Counted from the stretch's first letter, positions 9,670-20,322 are shown. The stretch is 64,000 nucleotides of DNA from Deltaproteobacteria bacterium (GCA_040218735.1 JAVJQW010000040.1:16837-80836); one strand, 5' to 3'. Made by a program: numbers and translations. Notes: generated from the sequence alone by a model not told the origin.

Positions 9670-10926
9670 TCAGGGCGCGGCGTCGCGATAGAGGTCGAGG
9701 CCCGGGCCGTAGAACCCATCGTCACCGTAGAGCGCGAAGTTGTCCCACGCGTTGCTCCCCGGGTTCGTCTCCCAGGACAACCAGAGCGCCTGCGTGAGCC
9801 CCTCGTCGAGCTGGACCTGGATGAGCGCCTCGTTCATCGCCGCGGCGGCTGCCTCTGGGTTCTCGGCGCGAATCGCGTCCGGGGACGGGCCACCTTCGGT
9901 GGAGAGCGCGGTGGGATCGTAGCCGAGGATCTCCGCGGCCATCGCCTCGTAGTCTTCGCTCACCTCCGGTCCGTAACCCATGTGCCCGCGTGCGCAGCCG
10001 CAGTTCGGGTCCGGGTCCGTCGACTCGTTGTCGGGCCATGAGTACGTGTGCGTTGGGATCCAACCCACGAGCTGTTCACCTGGCTCTTCACGGCTCGCGA
10101 TTTCTTCGACGAGCGCGACGAAATATTCCTGCGCGCTGTAGACGCCGAACGTGTCGTCGTTGAAGTACGTCGCTCCACCCGCCATGGGCGGGATGCCGAT
10201 CACCGCGTTGGTCCCGGCGACGGCGTCGTTCACCGCCTCGACCGCCCAGGCTTGGTTCTCGATGCTCGTCTCGAAGTAGCGGTTGCGGCTCTCCGGATCG
10301 TTGATGTCCACGCGGTGCGCGCCTTCGATGTTCGGCTCGTTGCCGACCTGAATCAGCTCGATACCGACGTTGTTGGCGAGGTGCGCCGCGGCGGCCGACA
10401 TCTGATCGATGAGGTTCTGATCCCACTGGTCGGGCGTGACCGGCGTGTACAGCCGGACGACCGGCGTGATGCCCGCCTCGCGCAACGCTTCGAGCAACTG
10501 GTCTTGCGCCTGGTAGTTGTTCACGTCGACGAGGACGACGGCGTAACCGGCGCCGAGCTCCTGCGCCTGCCGAATGCCCTCCGTCACCGCGTCGTTCGGC
10601 ATCGGCGTGCTGGTGCTGCTCGCGTCCCAGTGGACCCCGATGCGTCCGTTGACGAAGACACCGTCCGCAACCTCGAACGGCGCGTACACCGAGCTGGTGT
10701 TCGTCGTCTGCGCGTCGAAGATGCCGACGGCGCCCTCCGTCGCGATCCCGTCGGGGGGCTCGGTCGGTTGATCCTGCTGAGGCAGCGGCGGGTTCGTGAG
10801 CGCGATCTGCTGCTGCAGCGTGGCTTGGAGGTCGGCCTGAAGCTGCTCCTGGATGATCTGCTCCTGGATGTCCGTTTCGTGTGTCTCGTTCGGTGCGTGG
10901 TTGTGTTCGTTGATCGCGAGTCCCAT
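9670..10926 (-). CDS. Clan GH-A-like glycoside hydrolase with Q/E-rich N-terminal extension
   Basis: QVGNEPN acid/base and STEGG nucleophile motifs; N-terminal ~70 aa low complexity; no signal peptide. Confidence 0.7.
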   Translation of the reverse strand: MGLAINEHNHAPNETHETDIQEQIIQEQLQADLQATLQQQIALTNPPLPQQDQPTEPPDGIATEGAVGIFDAQTTNTSSVYAPFEVADGVFVNGRIGVHWDASSTSTPMPNDAVTEGIRQAQELGAGYAVVLVDVNNYQAQDQLLEALREAGITPVVRLYTPVTPDQWDQNLIDQMSAAAAHLANNVGIELIQVGNEPNIEGAHRVDINDPESRNRYFETSIENQAWAVEAVNDAVAGTNAVIGIPPMAGGATYFNDDTFGVYSAQEYFVALVEEIASREEPGEQLVGWIPTHTYSWPDNESTDPDPNCGCARGHMGYGPEVSEDYEAMAAEILGYDPTALSTEGGPSPDAIRAENPEAAAAAMNEALIQVQLDEGLTQALWLSWETNPGSNAWDNFALYGDDGFYGPGLDLYRDAAP

Positions 10927-10939
10927 GCACCATCGAGTT

Positions 10940-10956
10940 AGCAAGGCGGAGACCAA
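10940..10956 (-). promoter_or_regulatory. Putative sigma54 (-24/-12) promoter
   Basis: Minus strand TTGGTCTCCGCCTTGCT (GG-N10-GC), about 15 nt upstream of ATG 10926. Confidence 0.55.
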
Positions 10957-11132
10957 CGTTCGGAGGCGGATCTTGCGCTCCACCGTGTGCAGTCGCCCGC
11001 GTCCACGCGCGAGAGAGCAACGCGCCGGGTGCACCTTGCCCATGCGGCCTCGGGCGGAGCACGCACGCTCCGGGGTGAGAGCGTGCGTGCCGGGTTGGCG
11101 CGATCGTCGAACGAACAGTACGCTCGGCCGTC

Positions 11133-13904
11133 TTGGCCAACCTCGAACGCAGGCTGGATCTGTCCGCCGTGGTCGCGATCAGCATCAGCGCGATGTTGGG
11201 GAGCGGCATCTTCGTGTTGCCCGGGATCGCAGCCGCCAAGACCGGGCCGTCCGTCTGGCTGGCCTACCTCGTCGCGGGCCTGTGTGTGCTGCCCGCGGCG
11301 TTGTCGAAGGGGGAGCTCGCGACCGCCATGCCCTCGGCCGGCGGAACGTACATCTACCTCGACCGAACGTTTGGTCCGCTCGTCGGAACCATCTCGGGGC
11401 TCGGGCTGTGGCTGTCGCTGCTCCTGAAGAGCAGCTTCGCGCTCCTCGGCCTCGGCGTGTACCTGCTCGTCGTCGTCGACGTCCCGGTCAGACCCGTCGC
11501 CCTCGCGTTCCTCGGCGCGATCGTCCTTCTGAACATCGTCGGGGTCAAAGGGGTCGGTCGCGTCCAGAAGTTCGTCACGGCGGTCGCGCTCGCGATGCTC
11601 GTCGTGCTCACGCTCACCGGCGTCTTCGGCCTCGAGCAACAGAACTTGGAGAATGGGTTCCCGCTGGGCGCGCTGGGTTTCGTCGACGCGGTGGGTTTCG
11701 TCGTCATCTCCTACGCGGGGGTCACGAAGGTCGCGGCGATCGCCGAGGAGGTGAAGAACCCAGCCCGTAACTTACCCGCGGGCATGCTGTTGTCGCTGAT
11801 CATCGTCATGATCATCTACAGCCTCGTCGCCTTCGTGATGGTGGGGGGCTTGGGGCTGGAAGCGCTCAGCGGCGACCTCCACCCAATCTATGCGCTCGCC
11901 GTTTCCCAGAACTTCCCCACGCCGTTCACGATCGGAGTCGCCGTCATTGGCACGTTGACCATGGTTTCGATGGCGACGGCCGGGCTCCTCGCCGGCTCGC
12001 GCTTTCCGTTCGCGATGAGTCGCGACGATCTCTTGCCGCCCGTCCTGAAGGGCATTCATCAGCGCTTCCTCACGCCCATTCCGGCGATCCTCGCGACGGG
12101 CGCGATCATGTTCGCGGCGATTGCGTTCCTGGAGATCGAGAAGATCGCCAAGCTCGCGTCGGCCTTTATGTTGATGATGTTCGGCGCCGTGAACCTCGCC
12201 GTCATCATCCTGCGCGAGACCGGCGTGCAGTGGTACAAGCCGGCGTTTCGATCGCCGCTCTATCCGTGGGTTCAGATCTTCGGGGTCGTCACCAACCTCG
12301 GGCTCATCGCCGTCATGGGGCCGTTGGCAGTGGCCGCTGGCGTGAGTATCGCGGTTCCGGGGCTCTTCCTGTTCCTGCTCTACGGACGTAAGCGTGTCAC
12401 CCGGTCCGGCGTGCTGACCAAGCGACTCAGCCGCCAGGAGATGTTGAAGTCGAACCCCGGTGGCGCGGTGCCGCGGTCTGGTAACGACGTGCGGCCGCTC
12501 GAGACCGAGGAGCCGGAGGAAGCCGCGGTCGTCGTGGCGCTGTTCGGCAAGGAACGCAGCCCCGAGATCCTCGTGGAGCTCGGGCAGGGTCTGGCGCACG
12601 GCGGCCGCATCGAGGTCGTCTACCTCACCGAGGTCCCAGAGCAGTCGATCCTGTCCGGGTGGGAGGAGGATCCGACGTGTGCTTCGGTGCGCCGTCGCAT
12701 TCAGGCGATGGCGGAGACAAACGAGGTCGAGCTCGATTTCGAGGCGCTCCCGACCTACGACCAGATCGACACCGTGCATCGCTACGCGTCTCGGCTGAAC
12801 TGCGAGTGGGTCGTGATGGAGTGGAGCGGGCGGGCGCGGGACGCCTTCACGATCGGCAACCCCATCGGTTGGTTGAAGGACCACCTCCCCGCGAACCTGG
12901 CGCGCTTTCACGACGCCGGAGTTCGATACATTCGAAAGATCCTCGTCCACGCCGAGCCGGGTGCGAACGATGCGCTGGTCGCTTACACCGCCGACAAACT
13001 CGCCCGGGAGCACGGCGCCTCGCTGACGTTCATCCGATACGTGCCGCAGGACGCCGACGCATCACGCGAGGCTTCCGAGAAGGAGTACCTCGAGCAGATC
13101 CGTCAGCTCTGCGAGGTGGACGCGGAGATCATGATCGCGCGCGGCAAGAGCGAAGCCGAGGTGATCGCGACGCAGAGCGCGTTCTTCGACCTGCTGGTCA
13201 CGACCGAGGTGCGTCAGCGCTCCATCGTCAGCCGCGTCGTCGGGACGATCAGCGACCGCCTCAGCGAGTCGGCGGTGGCGTGCTCCGTCCTGCGGGTGCT
13301 CAGCCCGCCCAACGCGACCCACCAGGCGCTCGAACGCATCCGTGCGCGACCGAACACCCGCTGGAAGAGCGCGACCCTCGCGAGTTACTTCGACGCGGAC
13401 CTCATTCGTGCCCAGCTGCCCGCCCAGAAGAAGGACGCGCTGTTCCTGCAGATGGCGCGTGCGCTGAGCGAGGCGAAGGGCTCCGACCTGCAGTCGGATC
13501 AGATCCTGGCGTCGCTCTGGGAGCGCGAGCGGAGCCTCAACACCGGGATCGGCAACGGCATCGCGTTGCCGCACGCGACGGTCCCGACCATGGCCGGCAC
13601 TCGGGTGGGCGTCTTCACGTGTCGCGAGCCCATCGACTACGGCGCCGCCGATGGTGTTCCGGTCGATGTGTTCGTCGTGACGATCGGCGGGCCGAGCGAC
13701 CGGAACGCGCACCTCGACGTCCTCGCTTCGATGTCGAAGATGCTCAGCCGCACCGATCTCCTCAGCCGGCTACGCGCCGCGGAGACGACGGAGGCGATCT
13801 TCGAAGCCGTCCACTCCGCGGACGACGCCGTCGGCGGCGACACCGCACCGGCGCGCCCGGCCGCCTCCGAACCCGCAGAGCGGGTGGAGCAGGGCACGGA
13901 CTGA
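11133..13904 (+). CDS. APC-family amino acid permease fused to USP-like domains and a PTS EIIA domain
   Basis: MLGSGIFVLPG, AEEVKNPARNLP, about 12 TM helices; USP-like alpha/beta region; C-terminal ERERSLNTGIGNGIALPHA. Confidence 0.92.
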   Translation: MANLERRLDLSAVVAISISAMLGSGIFVLPGIAAAKTGPSVWLAYLVAGLCVLPAALSKGELATAMPSAGGTYIYLDRTFGPLVGTISGLGLWLSLLLKSSFALLGLGVYLLVVVDVPVRPVALAFLGAIVLLNIVGVKGVGRVQKFVTAVALAMLVVLTLTGVFGLEQQNLENGFPLGALGFVDAVGFVVISYAGVTKVAAIAEEVKNPARNLPAGMLLSLIIVMIIYSLVAFVMVGGLGLEALSGDLHPIYALAVSQNFPTPFTIGVAVIGTLTMVSMATAGLLAGSRFPFAMSRDDLLPPVLKGIHQRFLTPIPAILATGAIMFAAIAFLEIEKIAKLASAFMLMMFGAVNLAVIILRETGVQWYKPAFRSPLYPWVQIFGVVTNLGLIAVMGPLAVAAGVSIAVPGLFLFLLYGRKRVTRSGVLTKRLSRQEMLKSNPGGAVPRSGNDVRPLETEEPEEAAVVVALFGKERSPEILVELGQGLAHGGRIEVVYLTEVPEQSILSGWEEDPTCASVRRRIQAMAETNEVELDFEALPTYDQIDTVHRYASRLNCEWVVMEWSGRARDAFTIGNPIGWLKDHLPANLARFHDAGVRYIRKILVHAEPGANDALVAYTADKLAREHGASLTFIRYVPQDADASREASEKEYLEQIRQLCEVDAEIMIARGKSEAEVIATQSAFFDLLVTTEVRQRSIVSRVVGTISDRLSESAVACSVLRVLSPPNATHQALERIRARPNTRWKSATLASYFDADLIRAQLPAQKKDALFLQMARALSEAKGSDLQSDQILASLWERERSLNTGIGNGIALPHATVPTMAGTRVGVFTCREPIDYGAADGVPVDVFVVTIGGPSDRNAHLDVLASMSKMLSRTDLLSRLRAAETTEAIFEAVHSADDAVGGDTAPARPAASEPAERVEQGTD

Positions 13905-13916
13905 GTCTTGTCGCCT

Positions 13917-14816
13917 ATGAGCTTCGATGATCTTCGCCGTCCGGGACAGACCGGACCGTATTGGCTCCTCGTGATCCTCGGCCTGCCGGGCGGAATGATC
14001 GCGGCCGCGCTCGAGCGCTGGGAGCTCGCGGCGCTTGCGCTCGTGGTGGTGCTCGTGGCGCTCGGCCTCATCGCGCGCGTGCGGGCGTTGGAGATCCCGC
14101 AGAACCTCGGCCCGGTCGCCGCCCTGCTCGGGCTCATCTGGGGCATGAACTACTTCCTCGGGGACGGCGAGACGTACTCGTTGGTGGTGTTCGTCGTCGC
14201 GACGACGTTCTTCGTCGGGAGCGGGGGCGTCCTCGTCGCGCAGCTGTTCGTACGCGATCGTTTCCCGGACAAACTCGCGGAGCGGTTCGGCGCCGAGGCG
14301 ACGTGTGAGCTCGACGGCGTGCGCTTCGTCGTCGTCGTCTTGGACGAAGCGATCGAGCTGTGGGCGCAGAACGGTTGGAGTCGGCCCCGCGCGCTCGACG
14401 TCACCCTCAGTCACGCTTCGGGCCGACGTCTGTTGTCGCAGCTCGCGGCGCCCGATATGGACCTGTCGTTCGAGGGGCAACACCACCTCGACCTTCCGCC
14501 GGGGAGCCTCGCGCAGCTCAGAGTCCCGGTGCGATTCCACCCGGGCACCACGGGACGACGTCGCGTCGTGATTCGTCCGCGCGTCGCCTACGCGGAGCGT
14601 GGTCGACGACTGTTCCGGACGCGGCGCGCCGAGATCGTCGACCCGGACATCGTTTCGCAGGTGCTGGCGCCCCACGAGCAGGACAAGGTGGAGCGAAACC
14701 TGACGGCGGAGTGGGAGGTCGACCCCTCGATGGGCCGAGCGCGAACGGAGCAAGAGGAGCGCGCGTCGTTGCGGATCGTCTGGACGCCGGACGGGCACCA
14801 GATTCGTGACGTGTGA
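13917..14816 (+). CDS. Hypothetical membrane protein
   Basis: About four N-terminal hydrophobic helices followed by a soluble domain. Confidence 0.7.
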   Translation: MSFDDLRRPGQTGPYWLLVILGLPGGMIAAALERWELAALALVVVLVALGLIARVRALEIPQNLGPVAALLGLIWGMNYFLGDGETYSLVVFVVATTFFVGSGGVLVAQLFVRDRFPDKLAERFGAEATCELDGVRFVVVVLDEAIELWAQNGWSRPRALDVTLSHASGRRLLSQLAAPDMDLSFEGQHHLDLPPGSLAQLRVPVRFHPGTTGRRRVVIRPRVAYAERGRRLFRTRRAEIVDPDIVSQVLAPHEQDKVERNLTAEWEVDPSMGRARTEQEERASLRIVWTPDGHQIRDV

Positions 14817-14854
14817 ACCTGGCTCCTCCGGCGCCGCGACGCTACGCTCTGGGT

Positions 14855-16957
14855 ATGCGGGCTTGGGTGCTCGTCGCGTTGGGCGTCGTCGGCTGCGGCC
14901 CGCTCGTCATCCCTCGCGCGGAGGCGCCCGAAGGGGCCTACGGAGAGATCCTCCTCGTCGGTGACGAACGCGAGGTGGTCGCGGCGTTTGCTTCGGACCC
15001 CGACTCCCCGACCACGTTCGACCCGACGACCGTCTCCGGCGTCGAACGTGCCGAGGTGTTCTTCGTCGCCGACCACATCGACGGACGCGGGCTCGCGCCG
15101 GGCCCGTTCGAGCTCGGCGGCGAGCTCGTCACCCCGCTCGACGCCGAGGTGATCGACCTCAATGACGACGTGTCGTGGAGGAGCGGCCCAGTCCTCTGGG
15201 AGGAGCGACTTCGGTTGCCGCCCGTCGACGTGACGCGCTGCCTCGACTTCGACCACTGCTTCGCGGACCAGGTCTGTGGCCCCTGCGATCGTCTGCGGAC
15301 ACCTTCGGAGCCGATGCCGCCCGAGCCGCCTGTCGTCGACTGCCCGCCGGGTTGGACGTCGGTCCCCGACGGCGACTTCAGCCATTGCCGGCCGTTCGCG
15401 GTCGTACCCATGGACGCGTGCCCGCCGGGCGCCGGACGTTTCCCGGGCGGTGATGCGTGTGTCGGTGTCGCGGCGGCCTGTGCGGGCGATGGGTGGCCCG
15501 CGGACCTGCCGCCGGACGCGGTGTTCGTCTCCGCGAGCGCCACCAGCTCCGGTGACGGCTCGCGGGCGCGACCCTTCGCGCGTGTGCAGGACGCCGAGGT
15601 CGCGATCAGCGGCGGTGGCGCGACCGTCGCGCTGAGCGTCGGAACCCACTCGCTCGGCATCGTCGAGTTGACCGGGACGGCGACGATCGTCGGAGCGTGC
15701 GCCGACACGCTGCTCGACGCACAGCTCGATCTCCGCGGAGACTTCGTGGTCCGCAGCCTCGTCCTCGTCGGGAGCGTGCGCTCGCAGGGGACGCTGGTCG
15801 TCGAGGATGTTGCCGTCGTCGAGGCCGGACCGGCGCCCACCGCGATCCGGGGGAGCGTTGGCGAGCTTCGGCTGTCGTCCGTCTCGGTCAACGCGCCGCG
15901 CGCGGAGGGGATTCGCACGAACGAGGGCGTTCGCATCGACGCGCAGCGCGTCTACGTGGGGCCGGGGGCGGGCGAGGGCATCATCATCCAAGGTGAGGAG
16001 AGTCAGCTCATCGACGCGTTCGTCGAAGGACGCGGTTCGTTCGGGGTGCAGGTCCTCTTCGCGACGGGCGCCGTGATTCGAAACGTCGGCGTGCTGCGCA
16101 ATCGCGAAGACGCCGTTCGCATCGACGCGAGCCGCAGCGTGACGATCGAGAACCTGTGGGTCCAGGACCTGGACCGAGCCTCGGGCGTCGCCGTCGTCGA
16201 GAGTCAGAACGTCGGTATCGACAACGCGTGGTTCGTCAACGGGAGCTACGGCGACGTCGCGACGAGCGTCTCGCAAGTGAGGTTGCAGGACGTGGTCGTC
16301 GTGGATGCGGGGCCGTACGACAGCGAGGACGATGACGCGGACCCCGGTTCGCTGTGGGTTCGTGGCTCGACGGTTTCGGTCCAGCGCGCGGCGTTCCTCC
16401 GGCCGCAGAAGAATGCACTCTTTCCGCGCACCAGCGTGCTGAGCGCTGAGGACGTCAGCGTGATCGATCACGTGCGTGCGGCCCTCGAAGTCACCGAGAG
16501 CGACGCCGTCCTGCGCCGGGCGCGTCTGTCCGCGGCCCCGGCGCCCGTCTGTGGCGGCCACGAAGGGGCCGGCGTGCGGTCTACGCGCGGCTTGGTGCGG
16601 CTGGAGGACGTCGCGATCGATTCGAGCGCGTCGCCGGGGCTGTTCCTCGACGAGACCTACGATACACAGCTCCTCGCTGCGGAGCGTCTGCGTGTCCACC
16701 GCACCGTCGGATGTGGGGGTGACGCGGTATTCATCGGCGGCGGGTGGTCGAGCGCGCTGAGCCACGTCGACCTTTCATCGGAGGCCGGGACGGCGCTCAC
16801 CTTCGACGCGTTGGGGAGCCTCGAGCTAGCGACGTCACGCATCGCGGACAGCATGGTCGGCATCATGGTCTCGTCGAACGTCGACGCCCTCCGACTCGTC
16901 GATGGCGTACGGTTCGAGGGCAACGTTCGCGCCTTCGTCCAGAGCGACCCGAACTGA
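14855..16957 (+). CDS. Lipoprotein with Cys-rich segment and right-handed parallel beta-helix repeats
   Basis: Lipobox VALGVVGC; CPPGW/Cys-rich region; GDGSRARPFARVQDA motif typical of beta-helix N-caps. Confidence 0.8.
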   Translation: MRAWVLVALGVVGCGPLVIPRAEAPEGAYGEILLVGDEREVVAAFASDPDSPTTFDPTTVSGVERAEVFFVADHIDGRGLAPGPFELGGELVTPLDAEVIDLNDDVSWRSGPVLWEERLRLPPVDVTRCLDFDHCFADQVCGPCDRLRTPSEPMPPEPPVVDCPPGWTSVPDGDFSHCRPFAVVPMDACPPGAGRFPGGDACVGVAAACAGDGWPADLPPDAVFVSASATSSGDGSRARPFARVQDAEVAISGGGATVALSVGTHSLGIVELTGTATIVGACADTLLDAQLDLRGDFVVRSLVLVGSVRSQGTLVVEDVAVVEAGPAPTAIRGSVGELRLSSVSVNAPRAEGIRTNEGVRIDAQRVYVGPGAGEGIIIQGEESQLIDAFVEGRGSFGVQVLFATGAVIRNVGVLRNREDAVRIDASRSVTIENLWVQDLDRASGVAVVESQNVGIDNAWFVNGSYGDVATSVSQVRLQDVVVVDAGPYDSEDDDADPGSLWVRGSTVSVQRAAFLRPQKNALFPRTSVLSAEDVSVIDHVRAALEVTESDAVLRRARLSAAPAPVCGGHEGAGVRSTRGLVRLEDVAIDSSASPGLFLDETYDTQLLAAERLRVHRTVGCGGDAVFIGGGWSSALSHVDLSSEAGTALTFDALGSLELATSRIADSMVGIMVSSNVDALRLVDGVRFEGNVRAFVQSDPN

Positions 16958-17071
16958 CGACGCGACGAACTGGGACAAGAGCGCAGGCTGCGGACACGAG
17001 TCCGCAGGCGTGAAGGGTGATCCGGTGTGGACCGCTCTCCGCAACCTGGGTTGCAGGTGAGCAAGCGGCGT

Positions 17072-17087
17072 TGGAACGGTTCCTGAT
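17072..17087 (+). promoter_or_regulatory. Putative sigma54-like promoter
   Basis: TGGAAC-GGTTC-CTGAT (GA at -12), about 16 nt before ATG 17102. Confidence 0.4.
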
Positions 17088-17101
17088 GGTGGCGTCCGGC
17101 T

Positions 17102-18253
17102 ATGAAGAACTGCCGACGTGCACCTCTCCCCCTCACCTTCGTGACCGGCGCGCTCCTCGTCGCGTGCGGCGGCGCGCCGAGCGACTCCGCCGAGCTCTCC
17201 GAAGACACCGCGTCCGTCACGGTACGCGACCGCTTCGCCGCGTGGTTCGCCGACTACAACGAGGGGCAGGGGACCGCCTACCTCGATACGCCCTACCGGG
17301 TCCGGCGACGTGGTGACTCGCGCTACCCGGACGCGCCGGCGCACGCGCACCACCGGTCGATGCAGTACGGCCCGTTCCCGCGGAACGTGCTCGACGTGTG
17401 GAGCCTGAACAGCGACGCGCCCACGCCGCTCGCGATCTTCATCCACGGGGGTGGGTTCAACGACAACGACAAGGAGTCGATTCACCGCTCGCGTACGAAC
17501 ATTCTGCGGCTGCTCGAGGCCGGGGTCTCCGTCGCGTCGATCAGCTACCGTATCGCCTATCGCGATCCGGACGCGGCCCTCGAAGCTCCCATCCCGAACG
17601 ACATCGGCGAGGTCCACGATGAGAACGGCACCCGCGTCGACTACATCCTCCGCGACTGCGCACGCGCCGTGCAGTTCCTCCGGCACCGCGCCGACCTGTT
17701 GAACATCGACCCGTCGCGCATCGGCGCGTGGGGCCCGTCCGCGGGGGCGGGCTGCACGGTGTGGGTTGGCACGGTGCCGAACCTCGCGGTGTCAGGGCAC
17801 AGCGACCCGGTGCTTCGGCAGTCGACGCGCATCGCCGTGATGGGGCACGAGAACGGGCAGCCGACGTACGACTGGGGGCGCTGGCCGGAGCTGCTCGACA
17901 TGAGCGAGGACTTCGTCTTCGACACCATCGGTCGCGAGCCCGTGCGTCTGTTGCAGATGGAGATGGATGACTTCCGGTTCACTCGAGCGGGTCGAGACCT
18001 CGCGTACATCCTCGACTACTACCGGCACCTCGGTCGGAACGACCCTCCGTTGTTCACCGTCAACGGAGGGCGGGACGTGGACGAGCCGAACGCGTCGGCG
18101 AGCCAGATCATCCACCACCCGCGGGCGCACGTCGCGCTGTACGACAAGTGCGTGGCGTCGGGCGGAACGTGTGAGATCGATACGGTCATCGAGAGCACGG
18201 ACTACCCCGGGACCACCGTCCACTTCCTCGCGGAGCAGCTCCTCGCACCCTGA
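17102..18253 (+). CDS. Alpha/beta hydrolase lipoprotein (carboxylesterase)
   Basis: Lipobox LLVAC; HGGG; GPSAGAG. Confidence 0.88.
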   Translation: MKNCRRAPLPLTFVTGALLVACGGAPSDSAELSEDTASVTVRDRFAAWFADYNEGQGTAYLDTPYRVRRRGDSRYPDAPAHAHHRSMQYGPFPRNVLDVWSLNSDAPTPLAIFIHGGGFNDNDKESIHRSRTNILRLLEAGVSVASISYRIAYRDPDAALEAPIPNDIGEVHDENGTRVDYILRDCARAVQFLRHRADLLNIDPSRIGAWGPSAGAGCTVWVGTVPNLAVSGHSDPVLRQSTRIAVMGHENGQPTYDWGRWPELLDMSEDFVFDTIGREPVRLLQMEMDDFRFTRAGRDLAYILDYYRHLGRNDPPLFTVNGGRDVDEPNASASQIIHHPRAHVALYDKCVASGGTCEIDTVIESTDYPGTTVHFLAEQLLAP

Positions 18254-18282
18254 CGCTCGTGACGCGACGATGGACAGCTGCT

Positions 18283-20322
18283 TCAGCGGTCGACGTCGTT
18301 GGAGCGGTCGATGACCCGGAAGGTGAGCGTCCCCATGAAGCGGTGGTCGGTTATCAGCTCCGACCCCGTCAGGCGCAGCCGCGTGTAGCTCGCTTCGAGC
18401 GACAGCTCCCCGCGGTCCTCGAACGCACGGCCCACGCCGAGGAGCGCACGCCAGGATGGCTGCGTGGGGTCCAGGTCGGGCTCCCGCCCTCGGCCCGCCT
18501 TGGGCATCACCACCTGAAGGCCGCCGGCGCCGCCCAGCGTCCAACGCCAAGCTCCCGGCTCCAGGACCAAGGCGCCACGCAAGCGGATCGGGACGAGATC
18601 GACCTGGCGCCACGCGCTCGTTCCGCTCCCGTCGCGGTGACGTGACCAGCCCACCTCGGCGCCGAAGTCCGCGTTCAGCAACCCGACGATCGGAATCCGC
18701 GCGCCGTAGTCCGCGCTGACGACGGGCTGCGCGTCCCCGTCCACCGGGAGCGCTACGCCGAGCCGCAGTCCGAGCCCGAAGCGAGGCGCCCTGCGCGGTG
18801 GGCTGGGTTCGGCACGCACGACGATGGGAGCGGCCTGCGGCGGAGGAGGCGGGGCTGCGGGCTCGACCGGCAGCGCCTGGGCGTTCACCACCAGGCGCTC
18901 CGACGTCGACCACGCAGCGTCTCGTGCCTCGAGCTGATAGTCGATCGTGTGCCGACCCGCGTCGACGGGCACGCGCCACACCCCGTCCGTCACCGTGCCC
19001 GTCGCGCTCGTGAGCCGCACACCGCTCGGGAGGGCCAACGCGATCTCCTGAGGGGCGTCCAGCTCGATCACGCCGTCCGTCACCGTCGGCGCCGCGCTCG
19101 ACGTCGCGACCGCTTCGAGCACGATGAGCGGCCGACCGACGCTCGCTTCGCCGACGAGTCCGCGCGAATCACGGCCGCGGAGCACCACCTCGTAGGCGCC
19201 GTCCGCGAGCGCGAAGAGGCGCGTGTGATCGGTGGCGGTGAGCGTGCGGAGGACTCGTCCGTCGGCGTCCGGGCGCGCGTCGCGAACCTCGAGGACGGCG
19301 ACCGTCGCGGTACCGACGAGCTCCCAGCGAAGCTCCTCCTGGCTCGGAGTGAGGGTCACGATCGCACCCGACTTCGCCCACTTTGGGGCGTCGGGGAGGC
19401 GGGTCGGCTCCTCCGGAGCTTCGCCCACCTTGACCCGCGTCCCGAAGCCTCGGTTCACGTCGACGCTCTTGCCGCGCGCCGAGACGCGCGACTTCCCGCG
19501 ATACACGGAGACGGTGTTGCTCTTCTTGAGTGCGTCGTACCCGATGCGCGTGCTCTTCGACGCGACGTCGATCGTGGCCGCCGGCGAGCGAATCGCGACG
19601 GGGTGATCCTCGTTGGCGAGCGCCGCGAGGAGCGTGCCTTCCTCCAGCACCACATCCTCGAGACGGTGCCTTTCGACATCGGACGCAGCGCGCCCCCGGT
19701 AGATGACGACGAGCGACTCTTCCCCGAGGCGGAGTCGATCCATCGTGCGGAACGTGACCTCACCCGCCGACTCCGGGAGCGTCCGCACCCGGAACATCTC
19801 GTCGAGCGGCATGTTGAGCGCGGCGGCACGCCAGTCCACTCCCGAGGGTTCACGCGCCTGAACCTCCCGGTGGACCCACGACACCCACGCGGGCGGCGAG
19901 GTCTGAACCTCGCCGGTCGCGACCCACACTTCGACGCGGCGATTTCGGGCGTGCGCGGCGCGGTTCCTTCGGCGCGTGAGGGGTTCGCGTTCACCGACCG
20001 AGGTGACGTCCATGGAACGCGCGTCCACGCCGAGCTCGGTGAGACGTGTGGCGACGGTGCGCGCGCGCCGCAGGCCGAGGCGTTCGTTGCGCTTCGCACT
20101 TCCGGTGGTGTCGGTGTGCCCGACGATTCGGATGCGGTCGACGGCCCCGTCGGCGAGCTTCTTCGCGATGCGCTTCAGGGCATCACGGTCACCGTCGACG
20201 AGTCGTGCGCCGCCCGCTTGGAACCGAACCGTTGCGAGGTGGACGGGGGGCCCGGCGTTGGCCTCCGTCGCGAAGAGTGTCGCAGCGGCGACGAAAAACA
20301 GTGGGGTGCGTAGTCGCATCAT
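18283..20322 (-). CDS. OmpA-like peptidoglycan-binding + FecR-like + C-terminal outer-membrane beta-barrel protein
   Basis: Signal peptide; GHTDTTGSAKRNERLGLRRA...NRRVEV; FecR-like VRTLPESAGEVTF...LRLGEESLV...SVYRGKSRV; amphipathic beta strands at the C-terminus. ATGA overlap with the upstream gene. Confidence 0.85.
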   Translation of the reverse strand: MMRLRTPLFFVAAATLFATEANAGPPVHLATVRFQAGGARLVDGDRDALKRIAKKLADGAVDRIRIVGHTDTTGSAKRNERLGLRRARTVATRLTELGVDARSMDVTSVGEREPLTRRRNRAAHARNRRVEVWVATGEVQTSPPAWVSWVHREVQAREPSGVDWRAAALNMPLDEMFRVRTLPESAGEVTFRTMDRLRLGEESLVVIYRGRAASDVERHRLEDVVLEEGTLLAALANEDHPVAIRSPAATIDVASKSTRIGYDALKKSNTVSVYRGKSRVSARGKSVDVNRGFGTRVKVGEAPEEPTRLPDAPKWAKSGAIVTLTPSQEELRWELVGTATVAVLEVRDARPDADGRVLRTLTATDHTRLFALADGAYEVVLRGRDSRGLVGEASVGRPLIVLEAVATSSAAPTVTDGVIELDAPQEIALALPSGVRLTSATGTVTDGVWRVPVDAGRHTIDYQLEARDAAWSTSERLVVNAQALPVEPAAPPPPPQAAPIVVRAEPSPPRRAPRFGLGLRLGVALPVDGDAQPVVSADYGARIPIVGLLNADFGAEVGWSRHRDGSGTSAWRQVDLVPIRLRGALVLEPGAWRWTLGGAGGLQVVMPKAGRGREPDLDPTQPSWRALLGVGRAFEDRGELSLEASYTRLRLTGSELITDHRFMGTLTFRVIDRSNDVDR

